Assembly: GCA_029210745.1 (NCBI GenBank)
Contig: JARGFI010000008.1
Coordinates: forward strand, 4,187-68,186
DNA length: 64,000 nt
DNA from: Desulfuromonadales bacterium
GTDB taxonomy: Bacteria; Desulfobacterota; Desulfuromonadia; Desulfuromonadales; JAHYIW01
Direction of reading: 5' to 3'
The notes under the pieces were generated by a model that saw only the letters and a program-made list of their open reading frames with translations, was not told where the DNA came from and did not search any database. The position numbers were made by a program, and so were the translations under genes. Below are positions 28,401 through 38,107 of the stretch, piece by piece; the first letter of the stretch is position 1; each line of letters begins with the position of its first letter.

Positions 28401-29168
28401 ATGTTACGTTTTGAATCTGTAAACCGCACTTACGCCGATGGAACCCGAGCGATTAAAGACGTATCGCTGCACATTAAAAAAGGCGAGTTTTGCGTGTTGC
28501 TGGGCCCTTCCGGGGCCGGCAAATCAACCTTGATGAACATGGTCAACGGAATGGTCGAGCCAACGAATGGCCATGTCTATGTCGGCGACCTGGATCTGAA
28601 CAGAAAAAACCGCGTCAAGATTCAACGACAGATCGGCATGATTCACCAGCAGTTGCACCTGGTGCCCCGGCTTTCGGTTTTACACAATGTCCTCGCCGGT
28701 CTGCTGCCGGATGTCAATTTCTGGCGCAGCCTGATTAAGGCCTTTTCATTTAAGGACCAGCGACGGGCGTTTCAACTGATGCAGGAGGTTGGCCTCGAAG
28801 AAAAGCATCTCAAACGCAGAGCATCAGATCTTTCAGGAGGGCAACAACAACGGGTGGCGATTGCACGGGCCTTTATTTCAAACCCGGAAGTTGTGCTCGC
28901 CGATGAACCTGTTGCCAGCCTCGATCCATCGATGAGTCGTAGTGTGCTGCAAAGCTTGAAAGCGGCGGCGCAAAGCCATGGCGCGACGGTGATATGCACC
29001 CTCCACCAGCTTGAATATGCCCTTGAGTTTGCTGACCGCATCGTCGCCTTGCGAGAAGGAGAAGTGTTTTTTGACGGTCACCCGAGTGCCCTCGATGCGG
29101 CGACCCAGGATCAGCTCTACGACATAACCAGCCCCGCACCGGAAAGTCAGGAAAAGGTCGCAGCGTGA
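28401..29168 (+). CDS. phnC: Phosphonate ABC transporter ATP-binding protein PhnC
   Basis: GPSGAGKSTL, IGMIHQQLHLVPRLSVLHNVL and LSGGQQQRVAIARA. RBS ggag before the ATG at 28401. Confidence 0.9.
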   Translation: MLRFESVNRTYADGTRAIKDVSLHIKKGEFCVLLGPSGAGKSTLMNMVNGMVEPTNGHVYVGDLDLNRKNRVKIQRQIGMIHQQLHLVPRLSVLHNVLAGLLPDVNFWRSLIKAFSFKDQRRAFQLMQEVGLEEKHLKRRASDLSGGQQQRVAIARAFISNPEVVLADEPVASLDPSMSRSVLQSLKAAAQSHGATVICTLHQLEYALEFADRIVALREGEVFFDGHPSALDAATQDQLYDITSPAPESQEKVAA

Positions 29169-30166
29169 ACCCATCAACCGATCAGAGCAGACCGTGGCAG
29201 CAGTGGGATTTGTACCGCGCAATAACCCCCAAAAATCTCCTCCTTGTGTTTGTCTTGTTCACGCTCCTGTCGATTTCGGCGCGCAATACCGAGATTGATG
29301 TTGCAGTCGTCAAAACCACAAAAGCGTTTCTTTCGGCCATTGGAATTGGTGAATCTCAAGTGCTTGATGGGGCAGTCCGCTTCGCTGGCAAGGCCTTTCC
29401 GCTAGAGATTGCCCAGCGCACAGAAGTTTCGCGGGTGGAAGACTTCGACCCTGAGAATTTACCTTTATTTGCCTACGTCGAGTTCGCAGAAAGCCGTGAA
29501 TACGATGTCATGACCAACAGCTGGTCATCGGAAACAGTAGAATTCCTGGTCGAACCGGTCGGTTATCTCACAAAAGTCTTAAAGAAAATGTGGGAGACCA
29601 TTGAGATGGGATTCTGGGGCACCATTATTTCCATCACGATCTCCTTGCCTTTAGGGATTGTGGCCAGCCGTAACTACGCACCCTTTAAATGGGTCTATTC
29701 GGTCGCACGGGGCATATTAAGCTTTCACCGGTCTATGCCGGAACTGATCCTGGCCCTGTTACTGGTGCTGATGTTCGGTTTCGGGCCAATTGCCGGGGTC
29801 TTGGCGCTAGCGATTCATACCAGTGGCGTGCTGGGGAAGTTTTTTGCAGATGAAATCGAAAATGCTCCTCCTGGTCCCCAGCTGGCACTTGGGTCTTCAG
29901 GGGCTGGACGTTTGAAAGTCCTCTACTACGCGGTCGTGCCGCATGTCCTGCCAGCCTGGATTGCGTACGTTCAGTACATTTTTGAACGCAATATCCGTAC
30001 GGCGACGGTTCTCGGCATCGTCGGTGCCGGTGGTATCGGCATGGAGTTGAAAGGTCGCTGGGACCTGTTCGATTACAGCCATGTCGCAACGATTCTGCTG
30101 ATTATATTTATCACCGTTGTTCTGCTGGAAGCGGTCTCGCAACGCATCCGCAAGAAGATGATATAG
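29165..30166 (+). CDS. phnE: Phosphonate ABC transporter permease PhnE
   Basis: Polytopic permease. ETIEMGFWGT and RNIRTATVLGIVGAGGIG are typical of PhnE. Confidence 0.85.
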   Translation: MNPSTDQSRPWQQWDLYRAITPKNLLLVFVLFTLLSISARNTEIDVAVVKTTKAFLSAIGIGESQVLDGAVRFAGKAFPLEIAQRTEVSRVEDFDPENLPLFAYVEFAESREYDVMTNSWSSETVEFLVEPVGYLTKVLKKMWETIEMGFWGTIISITISLPLGIVASRNYAPFKWVYSVARGILSFHRSMPELILALLLVLMFGFGPIAGVLALAIHTSGVLGKFFADEIENAPPGPQLALGSSGAGRLKVLYYAVVPHVLPAWIAYVQYIFERNIRTATVLGIVGAGGIGMELKGRWDLFDYSHVATILLIIFITVVLLEAVSQRIRKKMI

Positions 30167-30225
30167 GTCAAAATAAAAAATTTCGCTGCTGGTGATGTCT
30201 AGATATCCAGACAATAAGAGGTCCT

Positions 30226-30684
30226 ATGGTTGAACGCAGTCAATGGTGCAGTGCTTTACAAGCGTTGCCCGAAGAACAGATTCTGTCGCTGGCAAAAGAG
30301 ATGCTGAGCGTCTGGCAGGTGCGACCGAAGGTGATTCCTCAGGCCGGTCTGGGAATGCTGAAGCTGCATGACAGTGCCCTTTGCGAACCCTTCTACCTGG
30401 GGGAATTTCCCCTTGCGAGCGCATGGATCGAAGTGGAAACCGCAGATGGAACCCTGGCCGAAGGCGCCGCGCAGATCATGAGCGCTCGCACCGAGCTTGC
30501 AGAAGCGCTGGCGCTGTGTGACGCCGTTCTTGCTGCCCGGCTTCCCGGCTGGCAGCAGGTGGCGGAACTGTTGGCCGCAGGGGTGGCGATCCGCGCACGG
30601 ATTGCCACGGAAAGAAAACGAATCCTTAGCAGTACCCAGGTCGATTTCTCCCTCCTGGATGATGTGGGGGGCGAAGATGCTTGA
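30226..30684 (+). CDS. phnG: C-P lyase core complex subunit PhnG
   Basis: Position and size (152 aa) fit; GLGMLKLHDSALCEPFYLGEFPL resembles PhnG. Confidence 0.85.
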   Translation: MVERSQWCSALQALPEEQILSLAKEMLSVWQVRPKVIPQAGLGMLKLHDSALCEPFYLGEFPLASAWIEVETADGTLAEGAAQIMSARTELAEALALCDAVLAARLPGWQQVAELLAAGVAIRARIATERKRILSSTQVDFSLLDDVGGEDA

Positions 30685-31231
30685 GTTGAGCGCGATCTGG
30701 AAACCGGAGACACAGCAGCAGCTCTTCAGGGCGCTGCTCAACGCCATGGCGCGGCCCGGTTCGCGGGAGAGTAACGTTATCCCGGCAGATGGCGAAGCCA
30801 TCGGTTTGCCAGTGCTGGCGGTGCTGGTTGACGCCGCAGTCACACTCGCCGACCCCCATCAGCTGTTACGCAAAAGCGACTGGTCTCTTCTGCAGGCGGC
30901 CGAAAAATCGGCTGACACCGCCGATTACATCTTCTGTGACGGCAACAGAGCACCGGAGTTTTCGCCCAAGCTCGGCACACTGACCGGCCCGGAGCAATCG
31001 GCTACCCTGATTGTTTCGGTCAGCGGCTTAAACTCGGTAACGACCCGCCTGAAGCTTAAAGGACCGGGCATTGCCGAGTCGACCACTCTGGTGATTGATG
31101 GCCTCGATCCGGCCTGGATTCACGCCCGCGAAGACTGGGTTTGTGAATTTCCTCTCGGCGTCGACCTGATCCTGGTCTCTGAGACACAGCTGGCGGCCAT
31201 CCCCAGAACGACGAACGTGGAGGTGCTCTGA
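30677..31231 (+). CDS. phnH: C-P lyase subunit PhnH
   Basis: QQQLFRALLNAMARPG is the conserved PhnH N-terminal block. It overlaps phnG by 8 nt. Confidence 0.8.
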   Translation: MLELSAIWKPETQQQLFRALLNAMARPGSRESNVIPADGEAIGLPVLAVLVDAAVTLADPHQLLRKSDWSLLQAAEKSADTADYIFCDGNRAPEFSPKLGTLTGPEQSATLIVSVSGLNSVTTRLKLKGPGIAESTTLVIDGLDPAWIHAREDWVCEFPLGVDLILVSETQLAAIPRTTNVEVL

Positions 31232-32343
31232 TGGGATACGTAGCAATCAAGGGTGGTGGCCGGGCCATTGCCGGAACCAAGGGTGTTTTTGACCATCTGC
31301 GCACTCGGCAGGGAGAAGCAGGGACGCCGCTCGATACCGACACCATCGAGCAACAGCTGCGCTTGCTGCATGGCCGGGTCATCTCGGAAGGGGGCGTTTA
31401 TGCGCCGCAGCTGGCTTCGCTGGCGCTGAAACAGGCTCAGGGGGATACGCTGGAGGCGGCATTCATTTTACGCGCTTACCGCTCAACCCAACCCCGGCTC
31501 ACGGAAACGCCACTGCTCGACACCACAAAGATGCGGCTGACCCGACGTATTTCTGCGGCCTTTAAAGATATCCCCGGCGGCCAGATGCTGGGCGCAACAA
31601 CCGACTATCACCTGCGGATGTTGCGTATGGAGCTGCTCAAGGAGTCGTCGGAAGAGTTCCGCCGGATCAGTCGGGACTGGTTTTCATCCGCCCCGGAGGC
31701 TGATCTGCCGGACAGCTTCCCCAAGGTCCTTGACGGATTGCGCCAGCAGGGCCTGCTTCCCCAGCCGGATGCTGCCGCGGCGGAGCGTGAGCCCTTTGAT
31801 ATCACCCGCGAACCGCTGATTTTCCCGGTCCCACGCTCGGCGGCGCTGGCGACAATGGCGCGGGCCGAACAGGGCTCGCTGCTGGCCATCGCCTATTCGA
31901 ACATGCGCGGCTACGGAGATGTTCATCCGACCGTTGCCGAGCTGCGGGTCGGCTACCTGCCGGTGCTTCTGCCGCATCCGATCACCGGCGAGCTGACCGA
32001 AGTTGGCGAAGTTGAAATGACCGAGTGTGAGGTTATCGCCATGTACGAAGACGACGCCGACCAGAGCAAGGCGGTTTTCACGCTTGGTTACGGGGCCTGC
32101 TATGGCCACAACGAAGTCAAGGCGATCAGTATGGCGATTCTTGATCGCGCCCTGCAAGCAGGGATGAAGTCTGGTCCGCGCAACCCGTCGGAAGATCCGG
32201 AGTTTGTTCTGTTGCATGTCGACGGTATCGACTCCATGGGCTTTTGCACCCACTACAAGATGCCCCACTATGTCACTTTCCAGTCTGACATGGATCGCTT
32301 GCGCACCACCCGGCAAAAACAGACCGACAAGGAGCAGGGCTGA
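31231..32343 (+). CDS. phnI: C-P lyase subunit PhnI
   Basis: MGYVAIKGGGRAI, GDTLEAAFILRAYRST and GDVHPTVAELRVGY match PhnI. Confidence 0.9.
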   Translation: MGYVAIKGGGRAIAGTKGVFDHLRTRQGEAGTPLDTDTIEQQLRLLHGRVISEGGVYAPQLASLALKQAQGDTLEAAFILRAYRSTQPRLTETPLLDTTKMRLTRRISAAFKDIPGGQMLGATTDYHLRMLRMELLKESSEEFRRISRDWFSSAPEADLPDSFPKVLDGLRQQGLLPQPDAAAAEREPFDITREPLIFPVPRSAALATMARAEQGSLLAIAYSNMRGYGDVHPTVAELRVGYLPVLLPHPITGELTEVGEVEMTECEVIAMYEDDADQSKAVFTLGYGACYGHNEVKAISMAILDRALQAGMKSGPRNPSEDPEFVLLHVDGIDSMGFCTHYKMPHYVTFQSDMDRLRTTRQKQTDKEQG

Positions 32344-33224
32344 TGAGCAGTGTACAAAGTTTTGGCTATCTGGACGAATATGCTAAAAAGGAAGTTCGTC
32401 GCAGCGCCTTGAAAGCGGTGGCGATTCCCGGTTACCAGGTTCCCTACTCAAGCCGCGAAATGCCGATGGGCAGGGGCTTCGGGACCGGCGGTCTGCAGCT
32501 GACCCTGTCGCTGATCGGGTCGCAGGAGACCCTCAAGGTGATCGACCAGGGTTCCGATGATTCGGTGAATGCCGTCAACCTGCGCAGCTTTATCGAGATG
32601 ACCTGCCCCGGCATCGACACAACCACCAAAACAGCCGAGGCCAGCCTGATTCAATCGCGCCACCGGATTCCGGAACAACCGCTGCGTGAGGATCAGATCA
32701 TCGTGTTGCAGGTTCCTTATCCCGATCCGCTGGTGCTGGTTGAGCCGTCAGAAGACAAGCGCAAGCAGATGCATGGCGAAATGGATTATTCTCGCCTGCT
32801 GGTCAAGCTTTATGAAGACATGGTCCGGTTCGATGAAATTACCATTTCTCATCGCTACCCGACGCGCATCAACGGTCAGTATGTGCTCGACCCGTCGCCG
32901 ATCCCGCGTTGGGATGTGCCGAAAATGAATCACTCAAACGCGCTGATCCTGTTCGGTGCCGGACGGGAGAAAAAGATCTACGCAGTGCCTCCCTATACCG
33001 ACGCCGAGCCGCTGGTCTTCAGTGATGTTCCCTTCCGGGTCGAGGATTTCAGCGACGCTTCCGGGGGCCGTCGCGCCTGTCGGATTTGCGGTTGTCGATC
33101 GAGTTTTCTCGATGAATACAGCGATTCCCGCACCGGGGAAACCGTCTATCAATGTTCCGACGCGGACTGGTGTGAAGAACTCAGCCAGTCAACAGAGAAG
33201 CCTGCAGGGGTCAGCAATGCATAA
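32343..33224 (+). CDS. phnJ: Alpha-D-ribose 1-methylphosphonate 5-phosphate C-P lyase PhnJ
   Basis: LKAVAIPGYQVPYSSREMPMGRGFGTGGLQLT is near-identical to E. coli PhnJ blocks, with the C-terminal Cys cluster CRICGC...YQCSDADWC. Confidence 0.93.
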   Translation: MSSVQSFGYLDEYAKKEVRRSALKAVAIPGYQVPYSSREMPMGRGFGTGGLQLTLSLIGSQETLKVIDQGSDDSVNAVNLRSFIEMTCPGIDTTTKTAEASLIQSRHRIPEQPLREDQIIVLQVPYPDPLVLVEPSEDKRKQMHGEMDYSRLLVKLYEDMVRFDEITISHRYPTRINGQYVLDPSPIPRWDVPKMNHSNALILFGAGREKKIYAVPPYTDAEPLVFSDVPFRVEDFSDASGGRRACRICGCRSSFLDEYSDSRTGETVYQCSDADWCEELSQSTEKPAGVSNA

Positions 33225-34050
33225 AGTTCTCAACGTTTCCAGTCTGTCCAAGGTCTACGGGCCGGGGTGCTCCGACTGCTTCACTCTGACCGGGCCGCAG
33301 CATGACACCAATATCTGCCCCCGCTGCAAAAGTGTGGTTGCCGCCCACAATGTCTCCTTTGACCTCTATCAAGGGGAAATTCTCGGCATCATGGGAGAGT
33401 CTGGCTCTGGCAAATCAACCGCGGTTAAGTGCCTCTACTTTGACGAGCCGCCAAGCTCCGGACGGGCGATGTTTTTTGATGCGACTGGCAAGCAGCATGA
33501 CCTGTTTTCCATGAATGCGGCGCGCCAGCGGTGGTTGGCCAACCATCACTTCGGGATGGTGTATCAGAATCCGCACCTCGGGCTTAACTTCGGTATTACC
33601 GCTGGCGGAAATATCGCCGAACGGCTGTTGATGTCAGAGGTCGACAGCTATACCGAGATCCGCAGCCGCGCCAAAGAATTGCTGACCCGGACAGAAGTCC
33701 TGACCGAACGGATGGATGAATTGCCGAAGAATTTTTCCGGCGGCATGCAGCAACGGGTGCAGATCGCCAAGGCGCTGGCAACCCAGCCCAACCTGTTGTT
33801 TCTCGATGAGGTGACGACGGGACTCGATCTCTCGGTGCAGGCGGCCATCCTCGATCTGATCCTGGAAATTCAGCAGGAAATGACGACCGCCATGATTGTC
33901 GTGACCCATGATCTGGGCGTGATCCGCCTGCTGGCCGGTCGCACTCTGGTCATGAAATACGGCCGGGTGATCGAGTCGGGCTTGACCGATCAGATTCTGG
34001 AAGACCCGCAACACGCCTATACCCAGCGGCTGGTCGCTTCAGCGCTATAA
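33217..34050 (+). CDS. phnK: C-P lyase system ATP-binding protein PhnK
   Basis: GESGSGKST, FSGGMQQRVQIAKAL and LFLDEVTTGLD. ATG at 33217. Confidence 0.9.
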   Translation: MHKVLNVSSLSKVYGPGCSDCFTLTGPQHDTNICPRCKSVVAAHNVSFDLYQGEILGIMGESGSGKSTAVKCLYFDEPPSSGRAMFFDATGKQHDLFSMNAARQRWLANHHFGMVYQNPHLGLNFGITAGGNIAERLLMSEVDSYTEIRSRAKELLTRTEVLTERMDELPKNFSGGMQQRVQIAKALATQPNLLFLDEVTTGLDLSVQAAILDLILEIQQEMTTAMIVVTHDLGVIRLLAGRTLVMKYGRVIESGLTDQILEDPQHAYTQRLVASAL

Positions 34051-34072
34051 AGCCGAGACTGTGGAGGAGACG

Positions 34073-34798
34073 ATGACTTTGGAGCCGATACTCCATATCG
34101 AAAATTACTCGAAGCACTTTGACCTGCATGAGCAGGGAACGCAGATTCCCTCGTCACACAATGTCAGCCTGAATGTTTACAGTGGTCGCTTGACCGCCCT
34201 GGTGGGTCCTACCGGTGCCGGCAAGTCGACCGTCCTCAAAGGGGTTTACCGCACCTACCTGCCGTCAACCGGTCGCTTGCTCTACCGCAATGGCAGTAAC
34301 CATCTGATCGACCTGGCACAAGCCGACGAGCATCAAATTCTGGCCCTGAGAAAAACCGAAATCAGTTTCGTGACCCAGTTTCTGCACGCTCTGCCCCGGC
34401 AGGCCACTGAAGATGTTGTGGCGCAACCGCTGTTTCAACGGGGTGTCGATCGTGAGGAGTCTCGGGAAAAAGCCCGCACCCTGCTTGCCGCCATGAACCT
34501 TCCAGAAAGGCTGTGGGGGATTTCACCGGCAACCTTTTCCGGGGGAGAAAAGCAACGGGTCAACCTGGCCCGGGGCCTGATTGCCAAACCGCGGCTGCTG
34601 TTGCTGGATGAGCCGACGGCCAGTCTCGACAAGAAAACCAGCGAACGTGTCGTGCGCCTGATAGAACAATTAAAGGATGAGGGGACCGCCATTCTGGCAA
34701 TCTTTCACCATCCCGAGCTGATTGCCCGCATGGCAGATCAGGTGATTGAACTCGAAGCCCCTTGTGACAACACCCAATTTCTTGCGGAGGTCTGCTGA
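34073..34798 (+). CDS. phnL: C-P lyase system ATP-binding protein PhnL
   Basis: GPTGAGKST, FSGGEKQRVNLARGL and LLLDEPTASLD. A GTG at 34061 is an alternative start. Confidence 0.85.
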   Translation: MTLEPILHIENYSKHFDLHEQGTQIPSSHNVSLNVYSGRLTALVGPTGAGKSTVLKGVYRTYLPSTGRLLYRNGSNHLIDLAQADEHQILALRKTEISFVTQFLHALPRQATEDVVAQPLFQRGVDREESREKARTLLAAMNLPERLWGISPATFSGGEKQRVNLARGLIAKPRLLLLDEPTASLDKKTSERVVRLIEQLKDEGTAILAIFHHPELIARMADQVIELEAPCDNTQFLAEVC

Positions 34799-35952
34799 TG
34801 TCCGGTATTTTTCTCTCTAACGCCCGCCTGGTTTTGCCGGATCAGGTTCTGGATAGCAGCTCATTGCTGATCGAAGATGGTATCATTCGCGACATCGGTG
34901 GTGCTTGTCCGCCAACCGCGACTGAAATCGACTTACGTGGCCAGACCCTGATTCCCGGAAGCGTCGATCTGCACTGCGATGCCCTGGAAAAAGAAGCAGA
35001 ACCGCGACCCAACGTGTTTTTCCCCCCCGACCTTGCGGTGTCGCAAATTGATCGCCGCAACGCACATGCCGGGGTCACCACCGCTTTTCACGCCATCTCT
35101 TTTGCCGGTAAAGAACTGGGGGTGCGCAGCATTGATATGGCGCAGCAACTGGTGGCGGCACTGCGCCAGGCCAGAGAGACAAGCCTGATTCATAACCGGA
35201 TTCATTGCCGTTACGAAGTCACCGACGCCGAAAGCCTGCCGGTGCTGGAAGAATTGCTTTTGACCGGTTCGATCGACCTGCTTTCCCTGATGGATCACAC
35301 CCCGGGACAGGGACAGTTCAAAAGCCCTGCCGCCTACGGGAACTATCTGGCCAAAAGCTACGGCAAATCGGCGGCCGAAATAGATCAGATTCTGGATCTG
35401 AAACTTGCGCAGCAGTCATCCTCTGCGGAGCGGATTGAACGCTTGGCCCTCTGTGCCCAAAAATACGCGGTGCCCCTCGCCAGCCATGATGATGACAGCA
35501 GTGTGCGGATTCAGATTATGAAATCACTCGGGGTCAGAATTTCTGAGTTTCCGATCAATCTCGAAACCGCAAAAGAAGCCTGTGATCAAGGACTGAAGAC
35601 TGTCTTCGGCGCACCAAACGTTCTGCGCGGGGAAAGCCAGAGCGGCTCGATTCGCGCCCACGACGCACTGGCTGCAGGGGTTGCCAGTTGCCTCTGTTCT
35701 GACTACCATCCCGGAGCCTTGCTGCCCGCAGTCCTGAGATTGGAGGCAGAAGGGATGCCGCTTGCCGATGCCGTTCGGCTGATCACCTGTAATCCGGCCC
35801 AGGCCGTCGGTTTGACAGATCGGGGGTCCTTATCCGTTGGCTATCGTGCCGATCTGGTGGCATTTGTTTCTGACTCCGGCGTTCCTCAGGTCACCCAGGT
35901 GTGGCGCGATGGAGTTCAGACGTATCTTGCGAGGTGGTGCCATGCTGCGTAA
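34798..35952 (+). CDS. phnM: RPnTP diphosphatase PhnM (amidohydrolase family)
   Basis: GSVDLHCDALE, LMDHTPGQGQF and ASHDDD are PhnM signatures. Confidence 0.85.
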   Translation: MSGIFLSNARLVLPDQVLDSSSLLIEDGIIRDIGGACPPTATEIDLRGQTLIPGSVDLHCDALEKEAEPRPNVFFPPDLAVSQIDRRNAHAGVTTAFHAISFAGKELGVRSIDMAQQLVAALRQARETSLIHNRIHCRYEVTDAESLPVLEELLLTGSIDLLSLMDHTPGQGQFKSPAAYGNYLAKSYGKSAAEIDQILDLKLAQQSSSAERIERLALCAQKYAVPLASHDDDSSVRIQIMKSLGVRISEFPINLETAKEACDQGLKTVFGAPNVLRGESQSGSIRAHDALAAGVASCLCSDYHPGALLPAVLRLEAEGMPLADAVRLITCNPAQAVGLTDRGSLSVGYRADLVAFVSDSGVPQVTQVWRDGVQTYLARWCHAA

Positions 35953-36520
35953 ATCGGGTCGATTACTTTATGTCATCGGGGCCTCGGGAGCCGGCAAAGA
36001 CAGTTTGCTCAACTACGCACGGCAGCAGTTGAAACATATCCCGACAATTGCCTTTGCTCATCGCTATATCACCCGTCCTGCATCAACTGATGGGGAAAAT
36101 CATATCGCCCTGAGCAATGAAGAATTCATGGTCCGGGTGCGCAACGGGATGATCGTCATGCACTGGCAAAGCCATGGCAATCACTATGGGGTCGGCAGCG
36201 AAATAAACAGCTGGTTGGCCAATGGAATAGAGGTTGTTGTGAACGGCTCCAGGGAATATTTGCCGACAGCAGCGAAGCTTTTTCCAGAGATTCATCCAGT
36301 TTTGATCAACGTTTCAGAGAAGGTCCTGTTGCGCCGATTGCTGGGTCGCAACAGGGAAAGTACGGAAGAGATCGCCGCGCGGATTAATCGATCGCGGCAG
36401 ATCTCCATCGCCGAAGAGTGGCCCAATATTCACATCATCAACAATGACTGCGAACTCGAAAATGCCGGAGAGGAGCTCATTGAGTTCATAACCATGGCGC
36501 GAGAGTCTGAATGCGTTTAA
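35942..36520 (+). CDS. phnN: Ribose 1,5-bisphosphate phosphokinase PhnN
   Basis: The P-loop GASGAGKDSLL and the size (192 aa) fit PhnN. Confidence 0.85.
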   Translation: MLRKSGRLLYVIGASGAGKDSLLNYARQQLKHIPTIAFAHRYITRPASTDGENHIALSNEEFMVRVRNGMIVMHWQSHGNHYGVGSEINSWLANGIEVVVNGSREYLPTAAKLFPEIHPVLINVSEKVLLRRLLGRNRESTEEIAARINRSRQISIAEEWPNIHIINNDCELENAGEELIEFITMARESECV

Positions 36521-37281
36521 CTTTGCTCGGAACTGGTGCCGCCGAGTGCGTGCCACGATACGGCTGTCACTGTTATGTCTGCCAACGGGCGCGAGATTAT
36601 CCCCGCTATCAAAGACGCCCATGCAGCGCTCTGCTGGAGGCTGGTGATAAGCGATATTTACTCGATGCCGGGCTGATGGATCTTGACCGGCGATTTCCTG
36701 TGAAGACGCTGGACAGTATTTTCCTGACCCATTTTCACCCCGATCACGTCCAGGGTCTGTTCCATTTACGCTGGGGGATTGGAGACCAGATATCGGTTTA
36801 CTGCCCACCGGATCAGGACGGGTGTGCGGATCTGTATAAGAATCCCGGCATTCTGGCGCTCCGCACCATGCAGCCCTTTGTCAAAGAAGATATAGGAACC
36901 TTTTGTGTTACCCCTCTCCCGCTGATTCATTCCAAGCTGACCTTTGGATACTTGTTTGAATCGGGCCAAAAACGTGTTGCATATTTAACCGACACCAAGG
37001 GCTTGTCCCAAGAAGTGCTGAAAATTTTACACGCAGGGTCCATTGATTTGGTCGTTCTCGATGCCTGCACCTCACCCAATTTGCCTCACACCAATCACAA
37101 CTCCATCGATGAAGCCCTCACTCTGGTCGAAATGATAAAACCCGGCAAGACAATATTGACGCATATCGGTCACGAACTCGACAGCTGGCTGTTGGCACAA
37201 AATGAGCCTCTACCTGATCATGTCCAGATCGGCCGTGACGGCCTGGTTATCGAGATGAATGAAAGCGGGGATGGTGGATAG
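36511..37281 (+). CDS. phnP: Phosphoribosyl 1,2-cyclic phosphate phosphodiesterase PhnP
   Basis: Metallo-beta-lactamase HFHPDH, an N-terminal Cys cluster (CVPRYGCHCYVC) and last position in the phn operon. Confidence 0.85.
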   Translation: MRLTLLGTGAAECVPRYGCHCYVCQRARDYPRYQRRPCSALLEAGDKRYLLDAGLMDLDRRFPVKTLDSIFLTHFHPDHVQGLFHLRWGIGDQISVYCPPDQDGCADLYKNPGILALRTMQPFVKEDIGTFCVTPLPLIHSKLTFGYLFESGQKRVAYLTDTKGLSQEVLKILHAGSIDLVVLDACTSPNLPHTNHNSIDEALTLVEMIKPGKTILTHIGHELDSWLLAQNEPLPDHVQIGRDGLVIEMNESGDGG

Positions 37282-37364
37282 CAGAGACGGAAGGTGGTTC
37301 CGCACCGGAGCAAATACTGTGCTGCGACCCCTTAAACTAGCGCCATTCTATACTGTCCCCGGAA

Positions 37365-37752
37365 CTAAGCCGCTGAAAGCGGCGTTGCGTTATGCGTAAG
37401 AAATTGCCTCATTTTCACAAAGGCACGCATGATTGCGATATTGATTTCTATGGCTCTTGTGCTGGTTAAAACTGCCGAGAGGGACGCTACACCTTGTTCT
37501 GTAAAGGCAAGCCCCTCCAAGATGCTTTTTGGAAGGCATCACAGATTGTGATACCAACGACTCGATCTCTTCATCCGTTAGCTCAAATATAAAATCTTCG
37601 GGAAACCTGGCCTTATTCCTTTTTACCGCTTGCTTAAGTGCCCGGTTTTCTACCCCATACAACTCTGCCAGATCGCGATCCAGCATTACCTGAAAACCAC
37701 GTATGGTGAAGATTTGATTTTCAATTGATTCAATCGGAACAATATCTGTCAT
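37365..37752 (-). pseudogene. ORF6N (KilA-N-like) domain gene, frameshifted and C-terminally short
   Basis: Frame 0 reads IFTIRGFQVMLDRDLAELYGVENRALKQAVKRNKARFPEDFIFELT. The conserved continuation [35 protein letters not shown] is found only in another frame, beginning near 37505-37518, and stops at 37365. Confidence 0.6.
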
Positions 37753-38092
37753 TGTTTTCCTTCCTCCCTGCCATTCAAGGCCAATGCCTTGACCTGATCG
37801 AACATGAAATCCAGCGCCTTATGATCAGCAAAGGCTTGCAGGCATTGCTGGCGGAATTCCTGCTCGGTGGCGTTTTCCCTGTCGCAGATAAAGGACCAGG
37901 GCAGGACGATGGCGTCTTTCACCAGATCGGCGACATCAAAGACCAGGGCGCCGCGCCGGGTTTTGCCGTGCATGACCGCGAAACCGTGGGGGATGCCCAA
38001 CACCCACAAGGTGCTGGCGGCCAACCCGTAGGCCAGATAGTTGCCGTGATTGAGAAAACCGTTTTTAAATCTGAAGGCGACAGATCATCCAT
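37749..38092 (-). pseudogene. cas1: Type I-F cas1 relic with a large out-of-frame internal deletion
   Basis: The ATG at 38092 gives MDDLSPSDLKTV, matching the Cas1f N-terminus MDDISPSELKTI of P. aeruginosa PA14 as I recall it. From about 38055 a different frame reads FLNHGNYLAYGLAASTLWVLGIPHGFAVMHGKTRRGALVFDVADLVKDAIVLP...ALDFMFDQVK, which is the Cas1f C-terminus. Roughly the middle 200 codons are missing. Confidence 0.7.
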
Positions 38093-38107
38093 GGGCGCTG
38101 TTTCCTT

